Positions 1 through 7,056 of a DNA stretch of 64,000 bases are shown here, one piece after another. The notes below the pieces were generated by a model, which was given only the letters and a program-made list of their open reading frames with translations, was not told the origin of the DNA and did not search any database. The translations under genes and the position numbers were made by a program. The DNA comes from Steroidobacteraceae bacterium. Its GTDB lineage: Bacteria > Pseudomonadota > Gammaproteobacteria > Steroidobacterales > Steroidobacteraceae. Every line of letters begins with the position of its first letter. Position 1 is the stretch's first letter. The stretch lies in NCBI GenBank assembly GCA_050739115.1, contig JBOIAQ010000018.1, positions 680-64,679 of the forward strand, written 5' to 3'.

Positions 1-1697
1 TCTCGACCAACGCACCGTGGGCGGGCAAAGACTACAACCGTGAGAACGTCGAGGGGGGGCGCGCGGCGCTCAAACTGCAGTTCGCCCAGCAGTGGAGCGC
101 GCTGCTCACCTATGGCTTCCAGCGCCAGCACACGCGCGGGGCCTGGGACGAGGATCCGACGTTGCCGCCGCGGACCGTTTCGCGCTTCGGTCCGGAGTCG
201 AATCTGTTCGAGACGAACATGGTCGATTTCCACGTGGACGGCGACGTCGGCATCGCCGACCTGGTCTTTGCCAGCACCTACTGGAACCAGGAGCGGCGCC
301 AATTCGATGAGTACTCGCAATACGAGCAGAACTACAACGGCGGCACGCAGGAGGGGTTCACCTGCCTCACCGACCCGTACTACAGCCCGCTACTGAATCC
401 GAGCTCGCCTTCCCCGTCTTACTCCGGCTGCAACCCGGCTCTGCAGTATTACTCCTACAACGACAACCCGCAGCGGTGGTCGAACGAGCTGCGGCTCGTC
501 TCCAAGCCGGGCGGCCGGTTCCACTGGCTCGGGGGCCTCTACTGGGAGAAGACCGTCGACCGCAACTCCGGCAGCACCTTCTACATGCCGGGACTGCAGT
601 ACAGTGGTGATGCCTTTCAGTACGAGCTGCAATACTACGGCCTCACGCAGCGGACGCTGCCGCCCGGAGTCTGGTACACGTATTCCGAGACTTCGGACGT
701 GCTGGAAACCACCGAGTTCGCCGACATCAACTTCGATGTGACCGAGAAGCTCAACGTGGAAGCCGGCGCATCGCAGTTTCACGACAATGAGAGCTACGAT
801 ACGCCGGTTCTGGGTCTCGCCTATGCGCCGAACTCTCCGAGCTACTTCACCTCCACCTCGCACAAGGTAGACGGCAAGGCCGGCGTGAGCTACAAGCTCA
901 CCCACCAGGCGATGGTGTACGCGGACTGGAGCCAGGGCTTTCGCCCCGGCGGCTCGAACTCCGGGCTCCCTTCCGGCTGCTACGCCTCGGGTGTGACCCA
1001 GACGTACGATCCGGATACGCTCAATAACTACGAGCTCGGGTGGAAGACGACCAGCCTCGGTCATCGCCTGCTGTGGGACGGCGCCGCCTACTACATGGAC
1101 TGGAAGAACCTGCAGGCGCTCATCTACGACGCGTCCGTCTGCCCGTCCTCGAGCTACAACATCAACGTCGGCGAGGCACACATCTATGGCGCCGAGTCGA
1201 ATGTCGATTTCGTGATCAACGACAACTGGTCGCTGCAGGCGTCGGCCAACTACACGGATGCGCGCGTCGTTGCCGCCTCCAGTCCAAACTACGACGGGTA
1301 TGTCGGCGAGCGGCTGCCGTTCGCGCCCTACTTCAACTGGAGCTGGAACGCGCGCTACGAGTATCCGCTCGCGCGCACGCTGCGCGGCTACCTGCAGTTC
1401 GACATGGCCCACAAGGGTGACATGTACAACGGTCTCAATCCCGACGACATCAACTCCGGGCTGCCGCGCATCCTGCAGCCGCAGTACACCATCATGAACC
1501 TGCGCGTTGGGATGCATCCGGTTGACAGCGAGCGCTGGCTGGCGGAGCTTTACTGCACCAACCTCACCGACAAGAACGCGATCGTCTACAGCAACACCGG
1601 CAACTTCGACCTGCGCGAGACCACCAACGAGCCGCGCGTCTTCGGCCTGCGCCTCAGCTATCGCTTCAACCAGCCGGCGCAAGGATCGGGCGACTGA
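1..1697 (+). CDS. TonB-dependent outer-membrane receptor, C-terminal part (5' end upstream of window)
   Basis: Frame 3 is open from nt 3 (STNAPWAGKDYNRENVEGG...), so the listed start at 162 is internal. Y/N/G/W-rich beta-barrel-like sequence ending in ...VFGLRLSYRF, typical of the last strand of TonB-dependent receptors. Confidence 0.85.
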   Translation, partial: STNAPWAGKDYNRENVEGGRAALKLQFAQQWSALLTYGFQRQHTRGAWDEDPTLPPRTVSRFGPESNLFETNMVDFHVDGDVGIADLVFASTYWNQERRQFDEYSQYEQNYNGGTQEGFTCLTDPYYSPLLNPSSPSPSYSGCNPALQYYSYNDNPQRWSNELRLVSKPGGRFHWLGGLYWEKTVDRNSGSTFYMPGLQYSGDAFQYELQYYGLTQRTLPPGVWYTYSETSDVLETTEFADINFDVTEKLNVEAGASQFHDNESYDTPVLGLAYAPNSPSYFTSTSHKVDGKAGVSYKLTHQAMVYADWSQGFRPGGSNSGLPSGCYASGVTQTYDPDTLNNYELGWKTTSLGHRLLWDGAAYYMDWKNLQALIYDASVCPSSSYNINVGEAHIYGAESNVDFVINDNWSLQASANYTDARVVAASSPNYDGYVGERLPFAPYFNWSWNARYEYPLARTLRGYLQFDMAHKGDMYNGLNPDDINSGLPRILQPQYTIMNLRVGMHPVDSERWLAELYCTNLTDKNAIVYSNTGNFDLRETTNEPRVFGLRLSYRFNQPAQGSGD

Positions 1698-1725
1698 GCG
1701 GCGGGCGGTGCGCGCTCCTGTTCAG

Positions 1726-2297
1726 ATGACACTCGCGAGACGTCGCACCCTGCTGTGGAGCGCGGATCTGTTTCGGTGCGAGTCGATTCTTCTTCGCAGC
1801 CATTGGGTCCTCGTGGTCATGGATGTGTTCACCCGCCGCATCGTCGGATTTGGCATCGCCGGTGAATACGTTGATGGTCCGTCTCTATGCCGCCTGTTCA
1901 ACCAGGCCATCACCGGAAGAGACCTCCGAGGCGGATTAGCACCGACCACGATCCTCTCTTTCGGTTTCACCGGTGGCTCGCGAATCTGCGGATCCTCGAG
2001 GTCGAGGAAATCAAATCCGTGCCGTATGTCCCGATGTCCCATCCATTCATCGAACGACTGATCGGGACGATCCGGCGCGAATACCTCGATCGCACGTTCT
2101 TCTGGAATTCCGTTGATCTTCATCAGAAGCTGACGGATTTCCAGAATTATTACAATCAGGCTCGTTGTCACCGCGCACTGCACGGCGCGACACCCGCAGA
2201 GCGCGCCCACGGGCCGCCGGCCCCGCGCGTCAAACTCACCAGTTACTTGGGGGAGCGGCATTGCCGAGGCTTGTTCGAGGTGCCGGTCGCAGCTTGA
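1726..2297 (+). pseudogene. Remnant of an IS transposase (rve/integrase-core DDE domain), N-terminally truncated and frameshifted
   Basis: Two frames carry consecutive parts of one DDE domain: ...LLWSADLFRCESILLRSHWVLVVMDVFTRRIVGFG...LFNQAITG, then (frame change near 1915-1930) ...ISTDHDPLFRFHRWLANLRILEVEEIKSVPYVPMSHPFIERLIGTIRREYLD...YYNQARCHRALHGATP. No HTH/N-terminal region; starts 29 nt after the receptor stop. Confidence 0.75.
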
Positions 2298-2370
2298 TTA
2301 TCAATTTGCATCCCACAGGTTCACTCTCGAGCTCCTCGTGGCGCCGGCTGGCTGGAGCCCTGAGCGCCGC

Positions 2371-3225
2371 TCATTTGCATCCCGGCAGCCACCGCAAACG
2401 CGACCGTTTCGCGGGGTCGAGCACGAGAATTTCCGGGGCGCGCCGCAGCATGCCGGTCGCCGTCAGCTCCTGCTCCGTGCGCACCAGGAGCGGATCGAAA
2501 GTGTCCTTGAGGACGGATTCATCGCGCAGGATGTGGAGCGCCACGAGGTACGGGCCGTCGGTTCTGAATGGAAGCAGTGGGAAATTGTTAGGCCCGTCCA
2601 AGGTCACCAGAACACCAGCTCCCCTCACGCCCCGGACGTCGTCGCGCGAAAACGCACGCAGCGCGCGCTCGGAGAAGGCCTGCAGGTCACGTGCTTTGAC
2701 AGCGTAGATCTCTGCGACCAGCAGACCTTGAGCCCCCTTTGGTTCGATGATCGGATTCACCGCAGGCAACGCGGGGACCTCCGTTTGCGCATTCAATGCG
2801 TGCAGCTCCAGCACGTTGTCGTCAACCCCGGGGAGGAGGCTATTGATCAAATCTCTATGCTCCCGCCAGACAGGTCCGTAGTAAAACTCGGCGTCGACGA
2901 TGGCGCGAGCTTCCGGAGTATGGAAGCCTCTTATCCAAGTGAAGTTATTGCTACCGCGCTCGAAGAACTCCCCGAATATCAGCGATCCCAGCTGCTCGAA
3001 CGCCTCGGGAAACCACGATTCATAGTATTTGGCGAACGTGCGGCGCTGTCCGGGCGCGACCGGATACCGGCGTAGCTCTATTACATCGAAGTGCCCGAAC
3101 TGCGGTGCGTTATCTCCCGTTGCACGGTCGCTCATGCACGCCGGCGTAGGCACTCCCGCCGTGAGGGCCGGCGGGCTAGTGATGAGCAGAGTGCAGAGCG
3201 CGAGTAGCGATCGACGCATGGGCAT
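2371..3225 (-). CDS. Secreted NIPSNAP-like protein (two tandem NIPSNAP-type repeats) with signal peptide
   Basis: N-terminus MPMRRSLLALCTLLITSPPALTAG looks like a Sec signal. Two repeats of the pattern ELR.Y....G....F...Y (FDVIELRRYPVAPGQRRTFAKYYE...; LLVAEIYAVKARDLQAFSERA...). Assignment from memory. Confidence 0.55.
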   Translation of the reverse strand: MPMRRSLLALCTLLITSPPALTAGVPTPACMSDRATGDNAPQFGHFDVIELRRYPVAPGQRRTFAKYYESWFPEAFEQLGSLIFGEFFERGSNNFTWIRGFHTPEARAIVDAEFYYGPVWREHRDLINSLLPGVDDNVLELHALNAQTEVPALPAVNPIIEPKGAQGLLVAEIYAVKARDLQAFSERALRAFSRDDVRGVRGAGVLVTLDGPNNFPLLPFRTDGPYLVALHILRDESVLKDTFDPLLVRTEQELTATGMLRRAPEILVLDPAKRSRLRWLPGCK

Positions 3226-3826
3226 TCTCCGAGGTGCGAGTGAACTCCATGATCCAATTGGTTTCCCAGGTTCTGCCGTTGTCGCGGGAAAATGCCTGGG
3301 TCCAGCGGGCGTGGTCGTGATCGATGCTGCGCCACGTATAGCGCACTATGATCGGAATGCCGTTGAAGTGATCGGCTCCTTCGAATACGCCGCGACGGTC
3401 GTGGAAGGAGCCCGTGACAGGCGGCTGCAGCACGCCGCGACTAAAGCGGTTGTCGCTCCAGTAGATGCTCCACTTGCGGGCACGTGGATCGTAGAGTCGG
3501 AGCCCCATGCCGATGAAATGTGGCCAGTGGGTCGTCGCGTAGTATTCGAGGTTGCCAGTCGCCGTGCGCAGGGGACGCTCGACGTCGATAGCTTGAAATT
3601 TTAGCCACTCGCGCGAGTGTTGCAGTCGCTTGGCGAGGAATGTGTTCTGCACGGTCCAGGTGCCCATCAGGAAATCGAAAGCGTGCGCCTGCGCATCGAC
3701 GGGCGCACGATTGGGGGCCGTTGCAGGCTCGTTGGCCGCGCTTGTCCCGGTAACCAGTAGGCATGAGAGAACACCGCTAAGCCAGGCGGCGTAGGGCAGG
3801 AGTTTGAGCATGAACCGTCCTTCCAC
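3176..3826 (-). CDS. Exported conserved hypothetical protein (DUF1579-like?)
   Basis: Signal-like N-terminus (MLKLLPYAAWLSGVLSCLLVTGTSAA), then FDFLMGTWTV...WSIYWSDNR...RYTWRSIDHDHARWTQAFSRDNGRTWETNW. The start could be 3811. Its 3' end overlaps the next gene by 50 nt. Confidence 0.55.
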   Translation of the reverse strand: MEGRFMLKLLPYAAWLSGVLSCLLVTGTSAANEPATAPNRAPVDAQAHAFDFLMGTWTVQNTFLAKRLQHSREWLKFQAIDVERPLRTATGNLEYYATTHWPHFIGMGLRLYDPRARKWSIYWSDNRFSRGVLQPPVTGSFHDRRGVFEGADHFNGIPIIVRYTWRSIDHDHARWTQAFSRDNGRTWETNWIMEFTRTSENAHASIATRALHSAHH

Positions 3827-3849
3827 ATTACCGACGCCGGTCGTCTTAG

Positions 3850-3873
3850 AACAGACCGGTTGACCGGTTTGTT
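3850..3873. promoter_or_regulatory. Putative TetR operator (inverted repeat AACAGACCGGT-TG-ACCGGTTTGTT) upstream of the 3826 gene
   Basis: 11-bp arms with one mismatch, 24-47 nt upstream of the ORF start at 3826. It matches a second site at 4721-4744 in 18 of 24 positions. Confidence 0.55.
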
Positions 3874-4040
3874 AAACTTTGCGCTCCGAGCGTGTTGCTG
3901 TCAAGCGAGTGCCGTACCGGAGAGCGTGTGCTGAGGCCGTGGAACCTTACCCGCGAACTGGGCAAGCTCCCAGGCCCTCTCTAAGGGGGAATATCCGAGG
4001 CTCGAGACAACCTGCTCGCACACAGCTCGCGTGGCGGTCT

Positions 4041-4679
4041 CTACAAGGCAAAGCGGTGCTCATCCATCCAATGCGAGAGCAGTCCCGCTGCATCGGCCAG
4101 CGGCGCCGCGCTCTGGGTCGCCTTCGCCATGTTCATCGCACCGGAGTAGACCGAAATCACAAAATTGGCGGCAGCCGCACGACTCTTTCCATCGAGCCGC
4201 GCCCCGCCCGGGGTGGCGCCGATGCGCTCGGCGAGCGCGGTCCGCCATTCTGCGAAGATGCTTTCGACGCCTCGTTGGAGATGGGTGTCCGTTAGCGCGA
4301 GCTCCAGTGCAAGGTTGTTCAAGGGGCACCCCAGCACGGAACCCCGCGTCCGTATCCCCGCGACGATGCTTCTAAACACCTCCGCGATGCCCTTTCCCAG
4401 CGCCGGCGCCTTGCGAACCGGATCGATCCAAGCCTCGCGAACCGCCGGCCTCACGCGATCCGCGAGAACGGCAAGAGCGAGGGATTTCTTGGTTGGGAAA
4501 TGATGGTGCAAGGCTCCGGCGGACACCCCCGTTGCCTGCAGCAGATCGTGCATCGACGTCGAGTGATAGCCGCGCTCCTGAAAGAGCTTTGCTGCTTGGT
4601 CTAGGATGCGCGAACGCAGTCCCTCGGGGTCGTTTCGACGCCTCTGATTGCCTTTCGGCCTACGTAATGTTGCTGCCAT
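4041..4679 (-). CDS. TetR/AcrR family transcriptional regulator
   Basis: MAATLRRPKGNQRRRNDPEGLRSRILDQAAKLFQERGYHSTSMHDLLQATGVSAGALHHHFPTKKSL is a typical TetR N-terminal HTH. The start is placed at the ATG at 4679; the 380-aa ORF extension upstream is Arg/Ser-rich junk. Confidence 0.85.
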   Translation of the reverse strand: MAATLRRPKGNQRRRNDPEGLRSRILDQAAKLFQERGYHSTSMHDLLQATGVSAGALHHHFPTKKSLALAVLADRVRPAVREAWIDPVRKAPALGKGIAEVFRSIVAGIRTRGSVLGCPLNNLALELALTDTHLQRGVESIFAEWRTALAERIGATPGGARLDGKSRAAAANFVISVYSGAMNMAKATQSAAPLADAAGLLSHWMDEHRFAL

Positions 4680-4720
4680 GTTGCCCACACGATACGAGAC
4701 TGTCCACAGTATAGGCGTAG

Positions 4721-4744
4721 AACAGAGCGGGTGTCCGGTCTGCA
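4721..4744. promoter_or_regulatory. Second copy of the putative TetR operator, upstream of tetR itself
   Basis: AACAGAGCGGGTGTCCGGTCTGCA versus AACAGACCGGTTGACCGGTTTGTT at 3850: 18/24 identical, same orientation, 42-65 nt upstream of the tetR start. Confidence 0.45.
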
Positions 4745-5037
4745 ATGAGGCAGGTGAAGGTCGCCGATGTTGCGGTGCGGCCTCGGTTGCGTACGCCGGC
4801 GGCGCAGCGCAGCCGGCGGCTGCTCGGACCTTAGCATGTCGCCGAGAAGGGAGCTTGTACCGGTAAGCAGCAACTGTCAGGCAGAATGCCGCGAAGCGGC
4901 CATTCGGACGTCCGCCTCTCCGGTCTCGCAACCAACACGATCCGAGGACTCGACTGGCCGCTTCGGGCACGAAGTGCGAGTAGCTTCGGCGACGCTGAAC
5001 GGCTGCCGTGGAGCGCGCATACGACCTTTTCAGTGTT

Positions 5038-5556
5038 TCATCGGCCGTGGGTGCGCGGCGCGAGCGTCGGGAGCGACGGCTCTTGTAGACCGATTGCCGA
5101 CATCGGCGTCTCGGCAAGACGGCGCGCGACCGCGAGCAGATCAGCTTCCCCCGCAGCCACTTGGATCCTCGCTTGGAACGCAAAATCGTTCATCGATCCG
5201 AGAATCTTCCGGTTTTCCGCACACCCGAAGGCGATGGGTTCCATTGCGGCAATCTCTCGACGGACTGACTCCGGCGACACATCAAGTGCCTCGAGGAGCG
5301 CCGCTACCGCCGTGCGCATATTTTGAGCAAGGTTTTTGCGGAGGTCCCGCGCTGGCAGTAGCACTGTGAGGAGCGAGCGCTCGCTTGTCGCCAGAATGAG
5401 CTGCACATGCCCGATGCGGACCAGCTGCACGTACCAGTCGCCGAGCACGCCGCTCGAGGCCTGTGGCAGGGGCAGGTTCTCCGGCAGATGCAGCCGTGCA
5501 CCCACGGCTCTGGTGCAGCGAAGCGTCAGCATGCTACAGCCGTGCGCGCGATTCAC
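5038..5556 (-). CDS. Conserved hypothetical protein (DUF6933-like?)
   Basis: The ORF has an internal start at 5532 (MLTLRCTRAVGARLHLPE...GDWYVQLVRIGHVQLILATSERSLLTVLLPARDL...). It resembles a widespread uncharacterised family. Assignment from memory only. Confidence 0.45.
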   Translation of the reverse strand: MNRAHGCSMLTLRCTRAVGARLHLPENLPLPQASSGVLGDWYVQLVRIGHVQLILATSERSLLTVLLPARDLRKNLAQNMRTAVAALLEALDVSPESVRREIAAMEPIAFGCAENRKILGSMNDFAFQARIQVAAGEADLLAVARRLAETPMSAIGLQEPSLPTLAPRTHGR

Positions 5557-5647
5557 GAGGAGTTAGAAAGGGACTATCCGGAACTGGCCGAAAACTGCCC
5601 GAAGGCCCTACAGCCATGTCGCGCGTATTCGTAACTCTTTGATTTAT

Positions 5648-5700
5648 TGGCGCTCCCTACGGGATTCGAACCGGTGTTACAGCCTTGAGAGGGCTTGTCC
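5648..5700 (-). pseudogene. tRNA-Glu(CUC)-like 3' fragment (anticodon arm, T arm, acceptor 3' strand, CCA); probable att-site remnant
   Basis: Minus strand reads ...AAGCC-CTCTCAA-GGCTG-TAAC-ACCGG-TTCGAAT-CCCGT-AGGGAGC-G-CCA, closely parallel to the E. coli tRNA-Glu 3' half. There is one mismatch in the T stem, and no complementary 5' acceptor strand (GCTCCCT) upstream, so it is not an intact tRNA. Confidence 0.6.
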
Positions 5701-6420
5701 ATTGCTGCCGCCACGATCAGCACTCTGTCCCGAATGCATCTTCCGGCACATTCCTGCAGGCGATCCGCCGAGGAGCCGGTCGAGTTCTCCGGTCAGTAGC
5801 AGGAACCGAAGAAGCGGCACGTGCTGAGACCGTGCGTGCCAGAGGCGCTGGATTTCCCCATCGGTGAGAACACGGTGCCGCGACTGCTCTCGACCGCCGA
5901 CGAGCTCGGGTGAGAGGCCATCGATAGGGGATGCTTCGATGTAGCCGGCATCGCGCGCGAAGCGCAGCGCCGTTTTGAGGATGGACAGGAGGCGATTGGC
6001 GCCGACGGGTCCGCGCTGATCCGCGTAGCGGCGGAGCGAATACCGAATGTTCACGCGTTCAAGGTCGCGCAGCTTGGTCGCCAGCAGGGCGGACTCCATG
6101 CGGGCAAAGTAGGCGGCGACCTCTGCAGGCCGGCGGTACCTCTTTTGCACTGTGTCTGCATGCCACTCCTCGAGAAGCTCCTTCAGGGTAAGATCACACA
6201 GAATCTTGCCAGTGAACCCACCGGCCTTGATTCGTGCCTGGGCGAGACTCATGGCTGGCCAGTGTCCGAGCGTCACGTTGCCACCTTCCTCGTTGCCTCG
6301 GCGAAGCACCCAGGTTCTGGCCCCGGCTTTTCGAACACGCAGGTACAGCTTGTTGCCGTCACTGATCCAGCGGTCATGGTCCACGAGTTTGAGGCTTCGT
6401 ATGCGGAGATCGCTTAACAT
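5677..6420 (-). pseudogene. Truncated P4-type tyrosine integrase (N-terminal arm-binding and SAM-like domains only)
   Basis: MLSDLRIRSLKLVDHDRWISDGNKLYLRVRKAGARTWVLR...LTDGEIQRLWHA...LLRFLLLTG matches the N-terminal half of P4-like integrases. Similarity stops after LLLTG, and no catalytic R..HxxR..Y region follows. The ORF tail reads through the tRNA fragment. Confidence 0.75.
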
Positions 6421-6431
6421 TTGCCGCTTTT

Positions 6432-6497
6432 CTGGATACACCTGGATACAATTTAGGGCGTCACGCGGATGGACACGCTCAGATACACGTGGACACA
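6432..6497. repeat. Cluster of five short direct repeats (core GGAYACA) upstream of the integrase start
   Basis: CTGGATACA at 6432 and 6442 (10-bp phasing), ATGGACAC at 6469, CAGATACAC at 6480, GTGGACACA at 6489. Lies in a locally AT-richer stretch. Confidence 0.6.
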
Positions 6498-6539
6498 AAC
6501 TCTATTTACATCAATAACTTACCACATGTAAGGGCTTGA

Positions 6540-7016
6540 GTGAAAATACTCTTCGTCTGTCTCGGCAACATCTGCCGTTCGCCGACCGCCGAGGTCGTGT
6601 TTCGTGCCGTGGCGGCGCGTGAGGCGCCTGACCTGGTGTTGGAAATCGATTCCGCCGGGACTGCGGGCTACCACGTCGGCGAGCTTCCCGACCGGCGTAC
6701 GCGTCAGGCCGCGGCGCGGCGTGGTTACGATCTCTCGGAGCTGCGCGCGCGGGTCGTCGAGCCGCACGATTTCGAGCACTTCGATCTCATCCTCGCCATG
6801 GACCGGGAGAATCTGCGCGCGCTGGAGCGGCGCGCGCCGGCGAGCGTCCGCGAGCGACTGCGGCTGTTCCTCGAATTCGCGCCCGAGGCCGGCATCAGCG
6901 AAGTTCCGGACCCCTACTACGGTGGTCCCAACGGCTTCGAGGACGTGTTGGATCTGATCGAGGCTGCATCGCGAGGGCTCCTCGAGCACCTGCGCCGCGA
7001 GTCGCGAGCGGCATGA
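6540..7016 (+). CDS. Low-molecular-weight protein-tyrosine phosphatase
   Basis: MKILFVCLGNICRSPTAE (CX5R(S/T) P-loop) and the downstream DPYYG Asp loop. GTG start. Confidence 0.9.
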   Translation: MKILFVCLGNICRSPTAEVVFRAVAAREAPDLVLEIDSAGTAGYHVGELPDRRTRQAAARRGYDLSELRARVVEPHDFEHFDLILAMDRENLRALERRAPASVRERLRLFLEFAPEAGISEVPDPYYGGPNGFEDVLDLIEAASRGLLEHLRRESRAA

Positions 7017-7036
7017 CCGGCGCCCGCCGCGCGCCG
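7016..7036. terminator. GC-rich hairpin between convergent ptp and rne
   Basis: CCGGCGC-CCGCCGC-GCGCCGG, a 7-bp perfect stem. No clear U-tract on either side, so a terminator function is uncertain. Confidence 0.3.
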
Positions 7037-7056
7037 GTATAGCCACCCGGATGCGC

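Noticed and set aside
4680-5183. N-terminal 168-codon extension of the TetR ORF
   Set aside because: The extension is Arg/Ser/Ala-rich junk. The TetR HTH begins right after the internal ATG at 4679, and the putative operator lies inside the extension.
5648-5723. Intact tRNA-Glu gene
   Set aside because: The 3' half is convincing, but the expected 5' acceptor strand (GCTCCCT) and D arm are absent, and the T stem has a C-C mismatch. Treated as a fragment or att remnant.
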